Assembly: GCF_003018235.1 (NCBI RefSeq)
Contig: NZ_CP027437.1
Direction: 5' to 3' (one strand)
DNA: 64,000 nt
Source: Escherichia coli
GTDB taxonomy: Bacteria > Pseudomonadota > Gammaproteobacteria > Enterobacterales > Enterobacteriaceae
This document shows, piece by piece, positions 1 through 12,309 of the stretch. Each line of letters opens with the position of its first letter. Position 1 is the first letter of the stretch. The position numbers and the translations under genes were made by a program. The notes below the pieces were generated by a model. It did no database searches, was not told where the DNA came from, and saw only the letters and a program-made list of their open reading frames with translations.

Positions 1-1
1 G

Positions 2-235
2 GTCGTGCAGGCCAAAAGCGAACGAATTTCAGACATCAGCACCCAACTGAACGCCTTTCCCGGCTGTGAAGTTGCTGTCAGCGACGCGCCGAGCGGTCAG
101 TTGATTGTGGTGGTGGAAGCAGAAGACAGCGAAACGCTGATCCAAACCATTGAGTCAGTACGCAACGTAGAGGGCGTGCTGGCGGTGTCGCTGGTTTATC
201 ACCAGCAGGAAGAGCAAGGTGAGGAAACACCATGA
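2..235 (+). CDS. napD: NapD chaperone for NapA, 3' portion (5' end lies before the window)
   Basis: ORF ending ...[16 protein letters not shown], stop overlaps napA start; matches NapD C-terminus from memory. Confidence 0.85.
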   Translation, partial: VVQAKSERISDISTQLNAFPGCEVAVSDAPSGQLIVVVEAEDSETLIQTIESVRNVEGVLAVSLVYHQQEEQGEETP

Positions 236-2718
236 AACTCAGTCGTCGTAGCTTTATGAAAGCTAACGCCGTTGCGGCCGCTGCGGCGGCTGCCGGTCTC
301 AGCGTGCCGGGCGTTGCCCGCGCCGTTGTTGGTCAGCAGGAAGCCATCAAATGGGATAAAGCGCCGTGCCGTTTCTGCGGTACTGGTTGCGGCGTTCTGG
401 TCGGAACGCAGCAGGGGCGTGTGGTGGCCTGTCAGGGCGACCCGGACGCACCGGTTAACCGTGGTCTGAACTGCATTAAGGGCTATTTCCTGCCCAAAAT
501 CATGTACGGTAAAGACCGTTTGACGCAGCCGCTTCTGCGTATGAAAAACGGTAAATATGACAAAGAAGGCGAATTTACCCCAATCACCTGGGATCAAGCC
601 TTCGATGTGATGGAAGAGAAATTCAAAACCGCCCTGAAAGAAAAAGGGCCGGAATCGATCGGTATGTTCGGTTCTGGTCAGTGGACTATCTGGGAAGGTT
701 ATGCCGCGTCCAAGCTGTTTAAAGCGGGATTCCGTTCGAACAACATCGACCCGAACGCGCGTCACTGTATGGCGTCGGCGGTAGTTGGCTTTATGCGTAC
801 CTTTGGTATGGATGAGCCGATGGGCTGCTATGACGACATCGAGCAGGCTGATGCGTTTGTGCTGTGGGGCGCGAACATGGCGGAAATGCACCCGATCCTC
901 TGGTCGCGCATCACTAACCGTCGTCTCTCTAACCAGAACGTCACCGTGGCGGTGCTTTCTACCTACCAGCATCGTAGCTTCGAGCTGGCGGATAACGGCA
1001 TCATCTTTACGCCGCAATCAGACCTGGTGATCCTGAACTACATCGCCAACTATATCATTCAAAACAATGCGATAAATCAGGACTTCTTTAGCAAACACGT
1101 TAACCTGCGCAAAGGGGCGACGGACATCGGCTACGGTTTACGTCCGACCCATCCGCTGGAAAAAGCAGCGAAGAATCCAGGTTCTGACGCCTCCGAACCG
1201 ATGAGCTTTGAAGATTACAAAGCCTTCGTTGCTGAGTATACGCTGGAAAAAACCGCCGAAATGACCGGCGTGCCGAAAGACCAGTTAGAACAACTGGCGC
1301 AGCTGTATGCCGATCCGAACAAGAAAGTCATCTCCTACTGGACGATGGGCTTCAACCAGCATACCCGTGGTGTATGGGCCAACAACCTGGTCTACAACCT
1401 GCACCTGCTGACCGGCAAAATTTCCAAGCCGGGTTGCGGTCCGTTCTCCCTGACCGGGCAGCCTTCCGCGTGTGGTACTGCGCGTGAAGTGGGCACCTTT
1501 GCTCACCGTCTGCCTGCGGACATGGTGGTAACTAACGAGAAACATCGTGATATCTGCGAGAAGAAGTGGAATATCCCGAGCGGCACCATTCCGGCGAAAA
1601 TCGGTCTGCATGCGGTAGCACAAGACCGTGCGCTGAAAGACGGCAAGCTGAATGTTTACTGGACCATGTGTACCAACAACATGCAGGCCGGGCCGAACAT
1701 CAATGAAGAGCGTATGCCGGGCTGGCGCGATCCGCGCAACTTCATCATCGTCTCCGATCCGTATCCGACAGTCAGTGCGCTGGCAGCGGACTTGATTCTG
1801 CCGACCGCAATGTGGGTAGAGAAAGAGGGGGCTTACGGTAACGCCGAACGCCGTACTCAATTCTGGCGTCAGCAGGTAAAGGCACCGGGCGAAGCGAAAT
1901 CGGATCTCTGGCAGTTAGTCCAGTTCTCCCGCCGCTTCAAAACCGAAGAAGTATGGCCGGAAGATCTGCTGGCGAAGAAACCGGAACTGCGTGGCAAAAC
2001 GCTGTACGAAGTTCTGTATGCCACCCCGGAAGTGAGCAAATACCCTGTATCCGAACTGGCGGAAGATCAGCTGAACGATGAATCCCGCGAGCTGGGCTTC
2101 TATCTGCAAAAAGGGCTGTTCGAAGAGTACGCATGGTTTGGTCGCGGTCACGGTCACGATCTGGCACCGTTCGATGATTACCACAAAGCACGCGGTCTGC
2201 GCTGGCCGGTAGTGAACGGTAAAGAAACGCAGTGGCGTTACAGCGAAGGTAACGACCCATACGTGAAAGCGGGCGAAGGCTACAAGTTCTACGGTAAACC
2301 GGATGGCAAAGCGGTGATCTTCGCGCTGCCGTTCGAACCGGCGGCGGAGGCACCGGATGAAGAGTACGACCTGTGGCTCTCTACCGGACGCGTCCTGGAG
2401 CACTGGCATACCGGCAGTATGACTCGCCGTGTACCGGAACTGCACCGTGCCTTCCCGGAAGCGGTCCTGTTTATTCACCCGTTGGATGCGAAAGCGCGCG
2501 ATCTGCGCCGTGGCGACAAAGTGAAAGTGGTTTCTCGCCGTGGCGAAGTGATCTCGATTGTCGAAACGCGCGGTCGTAACCGTCCGCCGCAGGGCCTGGT
2601 GTACATGCCGTTCTTCGACGCCGCACAGCTGGTTAACAAACTGACGCTGGATGCGACCGATCCGCTCTCGAAAGAGACGGACTTCAAGAAGTGCGCGGTC
2701 AAACTGGAGAAGGTGTAA
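232..2718 (+). CDS. napA: Periplasmic nitrate reductase catalytic subunit NapA (828 aa)
   Basis: Twin-arginine signal [32 protein letters not shown]-terminal Cys cluster CRFCGTGCG, molybdopterin oxidoreductase length. Confidence 0.97.
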   Translation: MKLSRRSFMKANAVAAAAAAAGLSVPGVARAVVGQQEAIKWDKAPCRFCGTGCGVLVGTQQGRVVACQGDPDAPVNRGLNCIKGYFLPKIMYGKDRLTQPLLRMKNGKYDKEGEFTPITWDQAFDVMEEKFKTALKEKGPESIGMFGSGQWTIWEGYAASKLFKAGFRSNNIDPNARHCMASAVVGFMRTFGMDEPMGCYDDIEQADAFVLWGANMAEMHPILWSRITNRRLSNQNVTVAVLSTYQHRSFELADNGIIFTPQSDLVILNYIANYIIQNNAINQDFFSKHVNLRKGATDIGYGLRPTHPLEKAAKNPGSDASEPMSFEDYKAFVAEYTLEKTAEMTGVPKDQLEQLAQLYADPNKKVISYWTMGFNQHTRGVWANNLVYNLHLLTGKISKPGCGPFSLTGQPSACGTAREVGTFAHRLPADMVVTNEKHRDICEKKWNIPSGTIPAKIGLHAVAQDRALKDGKLNVYWTMCTNNMQAGPNINEERMPGWRDPRNFIIVSDPYPTVSALAADLILPTAMWVEKEGAYGNAERRTQFWRQQVKAPGEAKSDLWQLVQFSRRFKTEEVWPEDLLAKKPELRGKTLYEVLYATPEVSKYPVSELAEDQLNDESRELGFYLQKGLFEEYAWFGRGHGHDLAPFDDYHKARGLRWPVVNGKETQWRYSEGNDPYVKAGEGYKFYGKPDGKAVIFALPFEPAAEAPDEEYDLWLSTGRVLEHWHTGSMTRRVPELHRAFPEAVLFIHPLDAKARDLRRGDKVKVVSRRGEVISIVETRGRNRPPQGLVYMPFFDAAQLVNKLTLDATDPLSKETDFKKCAVKLEKV

Positions 2719-2724
2719 GCCATT

Positions 2725-3420
2725 ATGTCCCGGTCAGCGAAACCTCAAAATGGTCGCCGCCGCTTTCTGCGCGATGTCGTTCGCACAGCTGGCGGGCTGG
2801 CTGCCGTGGGTGTGGCGCTGGGGTTACAACAGCAAACCGCACGCGCATCTGGCGTGCGGTTGCGCCCGCCCGGAGCCATAAACGAGAACGCCTTTGCCAG
2901 TGCCTGTGTGCGTTGCGGTCAGTGTGTTCAGGCTTGCCCTTATGACACCTTAAAACTGGCGACGCTGGCTTCTGGCCTGTCGGCGGGCACGCCATATTTT
3001 GTCGCACGGGATATTCCTTGCGAAATGTGTGAGGACATTCCGTGCGCCAAAGTGTGCCCGAGCGGTGCGCTGGATCGTGAGATCGAATCGATCGACGACG
3101 CGCGGATGGGGCTGGCGGTACTGGTGGACCAGGAAAACTGTCTCAACTTTCAGGGGCTGCGCTGCGATGTTTGTTATCGCGAATGCCCGAAAATTGATGA
3201 GGCAATCACCCTGGAGCTGGAGCGCAACACGCGTACCGGTAAGCACGCCCGCTTTCTGCCGACGGTTCACAGCGACGCCTGTACCGGCTGCGGTAAGTGC
3301 GAAAAAGTGTGCGTGCTGGAACAACCGGCAATCAAGGTGTTACCGCTGTCACTGGCGAAAGGGGAGTTAGGTCACCATTACCGCTTCGGCTGGCTGGAGG
3401 GGAACAATGGCAAATCGTAA
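2725..3420 (+). CDS. napG: Ferredoxin-type protein NapG (231 aa)
   Basis: RRRFLRD Tat motif, four CxxCxxC-type 4Fe-4S cysteine clusters. Confidence 0.95.
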
Positions 3421-4270
3421 ACGTGACGCCGGGCGCGAGGCGCTGGAGAAAAAAGGCTGGTGGCGCAGCCACCGTTGGCTGGTGTTACGTCGCCTTTGTC
3501 AGTTCTTCGTGCTGGGGATGTTTTTGAGCGGTCCGTGGTTTGGTGTGTGGATCTTGCACGGCAACTACAGCAGTAGCCTGTTATTCGACACCGTTCCGCT
3601 GACCGATCCGCTGATGACGCTGCAAAGTCTTGCCAGCGGTCATCTGCCTGCCACGGTGGCGTTGACCGGTGCGGTAATTATCACCGTGCTCTACGCCCTG
3701 GCAGGAAAGCGATTATTTTGCAGCTGGGTCTGCCCGCTGAACCCGATTACCGACTTAGCGAACTGGTTACGCAGGCGCTTTGACCTCAATCAGTCTGCGA
3801 CGATCCCTCGCCACATTCGCTACGTGCTGTTGGTGGTCATTCTGCTGGGATCGGCCTTAACCGGCACACTCATCTGGGAATGGATCAACCCCGTTTCCCT
3901 GATGGGGCGCAGTCTGGTAATGGGATTCGGCAGCGGCGCGCTGCTTATTCTCGCGCTGTTTTTATTTGATCTACTGGTCGTTGAACACGGCTGGTGCGGG
4001 CACATTTGTCCGGTTGGCGCGCTGTATGGCGTGCTGGGTAGCAAAGGTGTCATTACCGTTGCGGCCACCGATCGGCAGAAATGTAACCGCTGTATGGATT
4101 GTTTTCATGTTTGCCCGGAACCGCATGTGCTACGTGCCCCGGTGCTGGATGAACAAAGCCCGGTGCAGGTCACCAGCCGCGATTGCATGACGTGCGGTCG
4201 CTGCGTGGATGTCTGTTCTGAGGATGTATTTACAATAACTACACGATGGAGTTCGGGAGCGAAATCATGA
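3407..4270 (+). CDS. napH: Membrane-bound ferredoxin-type protein NapH (287 aa)
   Basis: Hydrophobic N-terminal half plus C-terminal Cys clusters; overlaps napG end and napB start. Confidence 0.95.
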
Positions 4271-4716
4271 AAAGCCATGACCTGAAGAAAGCGCTGTGTC
4301 AATGGACGGCGATGCTGGCCCTGGTGGTGAGCGGCGCGGTTTGGGCGGCTAATGGCGTCGATTTTAGCCAGTCGCCGGAAGTATCCGGGACGCAGGAAGG
4401 GGCCATTCGGATGCCAAAAGAGCAGGATCGGATGCCGCTGAACTATGTGAATCAGCCGCCAATGATCCCGCATAGCGTTGAAGGTTATCAGGTAACGACC
4501 AATACCAACCGCTGCTTGCAGTGCCACGGTGTCGAAAGCTATCGCACCACTGGCGCGCCGCGCATCAGTCCTACTCACTTTATGGACAGCGACGGCAAAG
4601 TGGGCGCGGAAGTGGCTCCACGTCGTTACTTCTGTCTGCAATGTCACGTGCCGCAGGCTGATACCGCGCCAATCGTGGGGAATACCTTTACCCCGTCAAA
4701 AGGTTACGGGAAATAA
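4267..4716 (+). CDS. napB: Diheme cytochrome c NapB (149 aa)
   Basis: Start moved to MKSHDLKK (ATG overlapping napH stop); signal peptide; two CxxCH motifs (CLQCH x2). Confidence 0.93.
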   Translation: MKSHDLKKALCQWTAMLALVVSGAVWAANGVDFSQSPEVSGTQEGAIRMPKEQDRMPLNYVNQPPMIPHSVEGYQVTTNTNRCLQCHGVESYRTTGAPRISPTHFMDSDGKVGAEVAPRRYFCLQCHVPQADTAPIVGNTFTPSKGYGK

Positions 4717-4725
4717 GAGGTTATT

Positions 4726-5328
4726 ATGGGAAATTCTGACCGTAAGCCTGGTCTGATTAAGCGCCTGTGGAAATGGTGGCGTACCCCCAGCCATCTGGCG
4801 CTGGGGACGCTGCTGTTGATCGGCTTTGTTGGCGGCATCGTCTTCTGGGGCGGCTTTAACACCGGGATGGAAAAAGCCAATACCGAAGAGTTCTGCATTA
4901 GCTGCCACGAAATGCGTAACACGGTGTATCAGGAATACATGGATTCCGTGCACTACAACAACCGTAGCGGCGTCCGTGCGACCTGTCCGGATTGTCACGT
5001 TCCGCACGAGTTTGTGCCGAAGATGATACGCAAGCTCAAAGCAAGTAAAGAGCTGTATGGTAAAATTTTTGGCGTTATTGACACGCCGCAGAAATTTGAA
5101 GCTCATCGCCTGACGATGGCACAGAATGAGTGGCGGCGCATGAAGGACAATAACTCGCAGGAGTGCCGTAACTGTCACAACTTCGAGTATATGGATACAA
5201 CCGCCCAGAAATCGGTTGCCGCGAAGATGCATGACCAGGCGGTGAAAGATGGGCAAACCTGTATTGATTGCCATAAAGGGATAGCGCACAAGCTGCCCGA
5301 TATGCGCGAAGTCGAGCCAGGTTTTTAA
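4726..5328 (+). CDS. napC: Tetraheme cytochrome c quinol dehydrogenase NapC (200 aa)
   Basis: N-terminal membrane anchor, four CxxCH motifs (CISCH, CPDCH, CRNCH, CIDCH). Confidence 0.95.
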   Translation: MGNSDRKPGLIKRLWKWWRTPSHLALGTLLLIGFVGGIVFWGGFNTGMEKANTEEFCISCHEMRNTVYQEYMDSVHYNNRSGVRATCPDCHVPHEFVPKMIRKLKASKELYGKIFGVIDTPQKFEAHRLTMAQNEWRRMKDNNSQECRNCHNFEYMDTTAQKSVAAKMHDQAVKDGQTCIDCHKGIAHKLPDMREVEPGF

Positions 5329-5340
5329 CAGGGTTATTGC

Positions 5341-5964
5341 GTGGGTATGCTTGAAGCCAGAGAGTTACTTTGCGAGCGGGATGAACGAACCTTATTTAGT
5401 GGCTTGTCATTTACGCTGAACGCAGGAGAGTGGGTACAAATCACCGGTAGCAACGGCGCGGGGAAGACAACGCTTCTCCGTTTGCTGACGGGGTTGTCTC
5501 GCCCTGATGCGGGAGACGTTCTCTGGCAAGGGCAGCCCTTGCATCAGGTACGCGACAGCTACCATCAAAACCTGTTATGGATAGGCCATCAGCCGGGGAT
5601 CAAAACCCGGCTGACGGCGTTAGAAAATCTGCACTTTTATCATCGCGATGGCGATACCGCACAATGTCTGGAAGCCCTGGCGCAGGCCGGGCTTGCCGGA
5701 TTCGAAGATATTCCGGTAAATCAACTTTCTGCCGGGCAACAACGCCGCGTCGCTTTAGCGCGTCTGTGGTTGACCCGTGCCACGTTATGGATCCTCGACG
5801 AGCCTTTTACCGCGATTGACGTTAACGGCGTCGATCGTCTGACCCAGCGTATGGCGCAGCATACGGAGCAGAGGGGGATTGTGATTCTGACTACCCACCA
5901 GCCGCTCAACGTTGCTGAAAGTAAAATTCGCCGCATTTCACTGACGCAAACGAGGGCCGCATGA
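5341..5964 (+). CDS. ccmA: Heme exporter ABC ATPase CcmA (207 aa)
   Basis: Walker [12 protein letters not shown] signature [11 protein letters not shown] start assumed. Confidence 0.93.
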   Translation: MGMLEARELLCERDERTLFSGLSFTLNAGEWVQITGSNGAGKTTLLRLLTGLSRPDAGDVLWQGQPLHQVRDSYHQNLLWIGHQPGIKTRLTALENLHFYHRDGDTAQCLEALAQAGLAGFEDIPVNQLSAGQQRRVALARLWLTRATLWILDEPFTAIDVNGVDRLTQRMAQHTEQRGIVILTTHQPLNVAESKIRRISLTQTRAA

Positions 5965-6623
5965 TGTTCTGGCGCATTTTCCGTCTTGAGCTGCGCGTAG
6001 CGTTTCGCCATAGCGCCGAAATCGCCAACCCGCTGTGGTTCTTCCTGATTGTCATTACCCTTTTTCCGCTCAGTATCGGTCCGGAGCCGCAACTGCTGGC
6101 GCGTATTGCACCGGGCATTATCTGGGTTGCTGCGCTGCTTTCATCCTTGCTGGCGCTGGAACGACTGTTCCGTGACGATTTGCAGGACGGCAGTCTTGAA
6201 CAATTGATGTTGTTGCCGTTACCCTTGCCCGCCGTTGTGCTGGCGAAGGTGATGGCGCACTGGATGGTAACCGGTCTGCCGTTACTCATCCTTTCGCCAC
6301 TGGTAGCAATGCTACTGGGAATGGATGTTTATGGCTGGCAAGTGATGGCGCTGACGCTGCTGCTGGGAACGCCTACGCTTGGCTTTCTCGGTGCACCGGG
6401 CGTGGCGCTGACAGTGGGACTTAAGCGCGGTGGTGTGCTGCTCAGCATACTGGTGTTACCGCTGACTATCCCATTACTCATCTTTGCCACCGCCGCGATG
6501 GACGCGGCTTCCATGCATTTGCCCGTTGACGGGTATCTGGCAATTTTAGGCGCGTTGCTGGCAGGCACCGCGACATTAAGTCCTTTTGCGACGGCGGCAG
6601 CGTTACGAATCAGCATTCAATAA
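5961..6623 (+). CDS. ccmB: Heme exporter permease CcmB (220 aa)
   Basis: Polytopic hydrophobic protein, start overlaps ccmA stop. Confidence 0.95.
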
Positions 6624-6664
6624 CGCTGGATTACTGATTTTTGTTCGAGTCTGGTATCGAAACT

Positions 6665-7402
6665 ATGTGGAAAACACTGCATCAACTGGCGATCCCACCA
6701 CGGCTGTATCAAATCTGTGGCTGGTTTATACCGTGGCTGGCAATTGCCAGTGTGGTCGTGCTTACCGTCGGCTGGATCTGGGGATTCGGCTTTGCTCCGG
6801 CTGATTATCAACAGGGAAATAGCTATCGCATTATCTACCTGCATGTGCCTGCGGCGATCTGGTCGATGGGCATTTATGCATCAATGGCGGTGGCGGCGTT
6901 TATTGGCCTTGTCTGGCAGATGAAAATGGCCAACCTGGCGGTGGCGGCGATGGCCCCCATTGGTGCCGTGTTTACCTTTATTGCCCTGGTTACCGGCTCT
7001 GCATGGGGAAAACCGATGTGGGGCACCTGGTGGGTATGGGATGCACGTCTGACTTCTGAACTGGTGCTGCTGTTTTTGTATGTGGGTGTGATTGCCCTGT
7101 GGCACGCCTTCGACGACCGCCGTCTGGCGGGCCGTGCGGCAGGTATCCTGGTGCTGATTGGCGTGGTGAATCTGCCGATTATTCATTACTCCGTGGAGTG
7201 GTGGAACACCCTGCATCAGGGATCAACGCGGATGCAGCAAAGTATCGATCCGGCGATGCGTTCGCCGCTGCGCTGGTCGATTTTTGGCTTCCTGCTGCTG
7301 TCTGCCACGCTGACGCTGATGCGGATGCGTAATTTGATTTTGCTGATGGAAAAACGCCGTCCGTGGGTGAGTGAACTGATACTGAAAAGAGGCCGTAAAT
7401 GA
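6665..7402 (+). CDS. ccmC: Heme exporter protein CcmC (245 aa)
   Basis: Start moved to MWKTLHQLAIPP; WGxxWxWD tryptophan-rich motif (WGTWWVWDARL). Confidence 0.9.
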   Translation: MWKTLHQLAIPPRLYQICGWFIPWLAIASVVVLTVGWIWGFGFAPADYQQGNSYRIIYLHVPAAIWSMGIYASMAVAAFIGLVWQMKMANLAVAAMAPIGAVFTFIALVTGSAWGKPMWGTWWVWDARLTSELVLLFLYVGVIALWHAFDDRRLAGRAAGILVLIGVVNLPIIHYSVEWWNTLHQGSTRMQQSIDPAMRSPLRWSIFGFLLLSATLTLMRMRNLILLMEKRRPWVSELILKRGRK

Positions 7403-7608
7403 CCCCTGCATTTGCTTCCTGGAATGAATTTTTCGCAATGGGCGGTTACGCCTTTTTTGTCTGGCTGGCGGTAGCGATGACCGTTATTCCGCTGGTGATT
7501 TTAGTCGTGCACTCGGTGATGCAGCATCGCGCAATTCTGCGTGGCGTGGCGCAACAGCGGGCGCGTGAGGCGCGTTTACGTGCTGCGCAACAGCAGGAGG
7601 CTGCATGA
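7399..7608 (+). CDS. ccmD: Small membrane protein CcmD (69 aa)
   Basis: Position and size between ccmC and ccmE, single TM helix, overlapping stop/start codons. Confidence 0.9.
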
Positions 7609-8084
7609 ATATTCGCCGTAAAAACCGCTTGTGGATTGCCTGTGCCGTTTTGGCGGGGCTGGCGCTTACTATCGGTCTGGTGCTGTATGCGCTGCGCTCG
7701 AATATCGATCTCTTTTATACGCCGGGGGAAATTCTCTACGGCAAGCGTGAAACTCAGCAGATGCCGGAAGTCGGTCAGCGTCTGCGCGTTGGCGGGATGG
7801 TGATGCCGGGTAGCGTGCAGCGCGATCCCAATTCGCTGAAAGTGACCTTCACCATTTACGATGCTGAAGGCTCAGTGGATGTTTCTTACGAAGGCATTTT
7901 GCCGGATCTGTTCCGTGAAGGGCAGGGCGTTGTGGTGCAGGGCGAGCTGGAAAAAGGCAATCATATCCTCGCGAAAGAAGTGCTGGCGAAACATGATGAA
8001 AACTACACGCCGCCAGAAGTTGAGAAAGCGATGGAAGCTAACCACCGTCGCCCGGCGAGTGTTTATAAGGACCCAGCATCATGA
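7605..8084 (+). CDS. ccmE: Heme chaperone CcmE (159 aa)
   Basis: N-terminal anchor; synteny. Confidence 0.95.
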
Positions 8085-10024
8085 TGCCAGAAATTGGTAA
8101 CGGGCTGCTGTGCCTGGCGTTAGGGATTGCGCTGCTGCTGTCCGTGTATCCGCTATGGGGCGTGGCGCGCGGAGATGCGCGCATGATGGCGTCTTCCCGC
8201 TTGTTTGCCTGGCTGCTGTTTATGTCTGTAGCTGGCGCATTTCTGGTGCTGGTCAATGCTTTCGTGGTCAACGACTTTACCGTCACCTATGTTGCCAGCA
8301 ACTCCAATACCCAGCTTCCGGTGTGGTATCGCGTGGCGGCTACCTGGGGCGCGCATGAAGGTTCGCTTCTGCTGTGGGTGCTGCTGATGAGCGGCTGGAC
8401 CTTTGCGGTGGCGATTTTTAGTCAGCGTATTCCGCTGGATATTGTGGCCCGCGTACTGGCGATAATGGGGATGGTCAGTGTCGGCTTTTTGCTGTTCATT
8501 CTATTTACCTCTAACCCATTCTCACGCACGCTTCCGAATTTCCCGATTGAAGGGCGCGATCTTAACCCGCTGTTGCAGGATCCGGGGCTGATCTTCCATC
8601 CGCCTCTGCTCTATATGGGGTACGTCGGTTTCTCGGTGGCGTTTGCTTTCGCCATTGCTTCTTTGTTGAGTGGGCGTCTGGACAGCACTTATGCGCGTTT
8701 TACTCGTCCGTGGACGCTGGCAGCGTGGATTTTCCTGACGCTCGGCATTGTGCTTGGTTCCGCATGGGCCTATTACGAACTCGGCTGGGGTGGCTGGTGG
8801 TTCTGGGATCCGGTAGAAAACGCCTCGTTTATGCCGTGGCTGGTGGGGACTGCGCTGATGCACTCACTGGCGGTCACTGAACAACGCGCCAGCTTCAAAG
8901 CGTGGACATTACTGCTGGCAATCAGTGCCTTCTCGTTGTGTCTGCTGGGGACTTTCCTGGTGCGTTCCGGCGTGCTGGTATCGGTACACGCGTTTGCCTC
9001 TGATCCGGCACGCGGTATGTTTATCCTCGCCTTTATGGTGCTGGTGATTGGCGGTTCGCTGCTGCTGTTTGCCGCGCGTGGACACAAAGTTCGTTCACGC
9101 GTAAACAATGCGCTGTGGTCGCGGGAATCTCTGCTGTTAGCGAACAACGTTTTGCTGGTCGCCGCGATGCTGGTGGTGTTGCTGGGGACGCTGCTGCCGC
9201 TGGTGCACAAGCAACTGGGACTGGGCAGTATTTCGATTGGCGAACCGTTCTTCAACACCATGTTTACCTGGCTGATGGTGCCGTTTGCGCTACTGCTGGG
9301 TGTCGGTCCTCTGGTGCGCTGGGGGCGCGATCGCCCACGTAAAATCCGCAATTTATTGATTATCGCCTTCATCTCAACGCTGGTGCTGTCGCTGCTGTTG
9401 CCGTGGCTGTTCGAAAGCAAAGTTGTGGCGATGACGGTGCTCGGCCTGGCAATGGCCTGCTGGATTGCGGTACTGGCAATTGCGGAAGCTGCGCTGCGTA
9501 TTTCACGCGGCACGAAAACCACCTTCAGTTATTGGGGGATGGTGGCGGCTCACCTGGGGCTGGCAGTGACAATTGTTGGTATTGCCTTTAGCCAGAACTA
9601 TAGCGTTGAGCGTGATGTGCGCATGAAGTCCGGCGATAGTGTCGATATTCATGAATATCGCTTCACCTTCCGTGATGTCAAAGAGGTGACTGGCCCGAAC
9701 TGGCGTGGCGGTGTGGCGACTATCGGCGTAACGCGCGATGGCAAGCCGGAAACGGTGCTGTATGCGGAAAAACGTTATTACAACACTGCCGGGTCGATGA
9801 TGACCGAAGCGGCGATTGACGGCGGCATCACGCGTGACCTGTACGCCGCGCTCGGTGAAGAGCTGGAAAACGGCGCGTGGGCTGTGCGTCTTTACTACAA
9901 ACCATTTGTTCGCTGGATTTGGGCGGGCGGGCTGATGATGGCGTTGGGCGGACTGCTGTGTCTGTTTGATCCTCGCTATCGTAAGCGCGTGACCCCGCAG
10001 AAAACTGCGCCGGAGGCTGTATGA
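8081..10024 (+). CDS. ccmF: Cytochrome c-type biogenesis protein CcmF (647 aa)
   Basis: Large polytopic membrane protein with WWFWDPVEN tryptophan-rich motif. Confidence 0.95.
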
Positions 10025-10578
10025 AGCGCAAAGTATTGTTAATTCCGTTGATTATCTTCCTGGCGATTGCCGCGGCGCTACTGTGGCAGCTGGCGCGTAA
10101 TGCCGAAGGGGATGATCCGACCAATCTGGAATCGGCGCTCATTGGCAAGCCAGTGCCGAAGTTTCGCCTCGAATCACTGGACAATCCGGGGCAGTTTTAT
10201 CAGGCGGATGTGCTGACTCAGGGCAAACCAGTGCTGCTTAACGTCTGGGCGACCTGGTGTCCGACCTGCCGTGCGGAACATCAATATCTGAATCAGCTTT
10301 CTGCGCAGGGCATCCGCGTGGTCGGCATGAACTATAAAGACGATCGCCAGAAGGCAATCAGCTGGCTGAAAGAGCTGGGCAATCCTTACGCACTAAGCCT
10401 GTTTGATGGCGACGGCATGTTAGGGCTGGATCTCGGTGTCTATGGCGCGCCAGAAACGTTCCTTATTGACGGCAACGGCATCATTCGCTATCGCCATGCG
10501 GGCGATCTCAATCCTCGCGTCTGGGAAGAAGAGATCAAGCCGCTGTGGGAGAAATACAGTAAGGAGGCCGCACAATGA
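10021..10578 (+). CDS. ccmG: Thiol:disulfide interchange protein CcmG/DsbE (185 aa)
   Basis: Thioredoxin motif WCPTC. Confidence 0.95.
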   Translation: MKRKVLLIPLIIFLAIAAALLWQLARNAEGDDPTNLESALIGKPVPKFRLESLDNPGQFYQADVLTQGKPVLLNVWATWCPTCRAEHQYLNQLSAQGIRVVGMNYKDDRQKAISWLKELGNPYALSLFDGDGMLGLDLGVYGAPETFLIDGNGIIRYRHAGDLNPRVWEEEIKPLWEKYSKEAAQ

Positions 10579-11627
10579 GGTTTTTATTGGGCGTGCTGAT
10601 GCTGATGATCTCCGGCTCAGCGCTGGCGACCATCGACGTGTTGCAGTTTAAGGATGAAGCGCAGGAGCAGCAGTTCCGGCAACTCACTGAAGAACTACGC
10701 TGCCCGAAATGCCAGAACAACAGCATTGCCGATTCCAACTCGATGATTGCCACCGACCTGCGCCAGAAAGTGTATGAACTGATGCAGGAAGGTAAAAGTA
10801 AAAAAGAGATTGTCGATTATATGGTGGCGCGTTACGGCAACTTCGTCACTTACGATCCGCCGTTAACGCCGCTGACCATGCTGCTGTGGGTGCTTCCGGT
10901 AGTGGCTATTGGCATTGGCGGTTGGGTCATATACGCCCGCTCGCGGCGTCGGGTACGCGTGGTGCCGGAAGCGTTTCCTGAACAAAGCGTGCCGGAAGGT
11001 AAGCGTGCCGGATATGTTGTTTATCTGCCGGGTATTGTGGTGGCGTTAATTGTGGCTGGCGTCAGCTACTACCAGACGGGCAATTATCAGCAGGTGAAAA
11101 TCTGGCAGCAGGCCACGGCACAGGCTCCGGCGTTACTGGACAGGGCGCTGGATCCGAAAGCCGATCCGCTCAACGAAGAAGAGATGTCGCGCCTTGCGCT
11201 GGGGATGCGTACTCAACTGCAAAAAAATCCGGGAGATATAGAAGGCTGGATTATGTTGGGCCGCGTTGGCATGGCGCTGGGTAACGCCAGTATCGCCACC
11301 GATGCATACGCTACTGCGTATCGCCTCGATCCGAAGAACAGCGATGCTGCACTGGGATACGCTGAAGCGTTGACACGTTCATCTGATCCCAACGACAACC
11401 GCCTCGGCGGTGAACTGCTACGTCAGCTGGTGAGAACGGATCATAGTAATATTCGTGTGTTAAGCATGTACGCGTTTAATGCCTTTGAGCAGCAGCGATT
11501 TGGCGAAGCCGTTGCCGCGTGGGAGATGATGTTGAAACTCTTACCTGCCAACGATACTCGCCGTGCGGTGATTGAACGTAGTATCGCGCAGGCGATGCAA
11601 CATTTGTCGCCGCAGGAGAGTAAATAA
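10575..11627 (+). CDS. ccmH: Cytochrome c maturation protein CcmH (350 aa)
   Basis: N-terminal CPKC motif (RCPKCQNNS), C-terminal TPR-like region. Confidence 0.95.
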   Translation: MRFLLGVLMLMISGSALATIDVLQFKDEAQEQQFRQLTEELRCPKCQNNSIADSNSMIATDLRQKVYELMQEGKSKKEIVDYMVARYGNFVTYDPPLTPLTMLLWVLPVVAIGIGGWVIYARSRRRVRVVPEAFPEQSVPEGKRAGYVVYLPGIVVALIVAGVSYYQTGNYQQVKIWQQATAQAPALLDRALDPKADPLNEEEMSRLALGMRTQLQKNPGDIEGWIMLGRVGMALGNASIATDAYATAYRLDPKNSDAALGYAEALTRSSDPNDNRLGGELLRQLVRTDHSNIRVLSMYAFNAFEQQRFGEAVAAWEMMLKLLPANDTRRAVIERSIAQAMQHLSPQESK

Positions 11628-11661
11628 TAAGAGGCCCGATGGTGATGCCATCGGGCTATTT

Positions 11662-12309
11662 TTATTGTGCCCCGCGTTGTTGCAGGAACAGAATGGTGGC
11701 CGCCACGCGTGAGCGGACATTGAGTTTACGCAGCAGATTGCGAATGTGTACTTTTACTGTCTGCTCGGAAATATTCAACACCGAGGCAATCTGTTTATTT
11801 GACAGCCCCTGTGCCAGCTCGTGCAGAACATCCAGCTCGCGCTCCGTCAGCACGCTGAAGGGATCTTCTTCTGCGCCAAACATTTCACGTTCACGTAAGT
11901 ACTGATTGACGCGTTCGCTAAAGACTTTGCTGCCTTTCGCTCCGGCACGAATCGCTTCCAGCAACACTTCCGGGTCGCTGTCTTTCAACAGATAACCGTC
12001 TGCGCCTGCGTCTATCAGCGCAAAGACATCGCTGGAGGCATCTGATACAGTCAGGATAATAATTTGCGCGGTAACGCCATCCCTGCGCAAGGCATTGAGG
12101 GTATCCAGGCCACTCATACCTTTCATATTGAGATCCAGCAAGATCACGTCGATATCCAGTCTATTCGCCAGATCGATCGCGCTCGCGCCGTCGCCCGCTT
12201 CGGCGACCACTTCAAAGCCAGGATCAAGCTCCAGTAACTGACGAACACCGCGTCGCATAAGTGGATGATCATCCACAATCATCACCTGAAAAGGCGTTGC
12301 TTCAGGCAT
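11662..12309 (-). CDS. narP: Nitrate/nitrite response regulator NarP (215 aa)
   Basis: Start moved to MPEATPFQVMIVDDHPLMRRG; receiver domain plus LuxR-type HTH. Confidence 0.93.
   Translation of the reverse strand: MPEATPFQVMIVDDHPLMRRGVRQLLELDPGFEVVAEAGDGASAIDLANRLDIDVILLDLNMKGMSGLDTLNALRRDGVTAQIIILTVSDASSDVFALIDAGADGYLLKDSDPEVLLEAIRAGAKGSKVFSERVNQYLREREMFGAEEDPFSVLTERELDVLHELAQGLSNKQIASVLNISEQTVKVHIRNLLRKLNVRSRVAATILFLQQRGAQ

Noticed and set aside
199-1017. 272-aa minus-strand ORF antisense to napA
   Set aside because: It lies entirely inside the strongly supported napA coding region on the opposite strand, with arginine-rich composition typical of antisense frames of GC-rich genes. Other long antisense ORFs (8773-9522 in ccmF, 50504-51214 in fruA, 46120-46752 in efpL, 20899-21303 in the RepA-like gene) are dismissed for the same reason.
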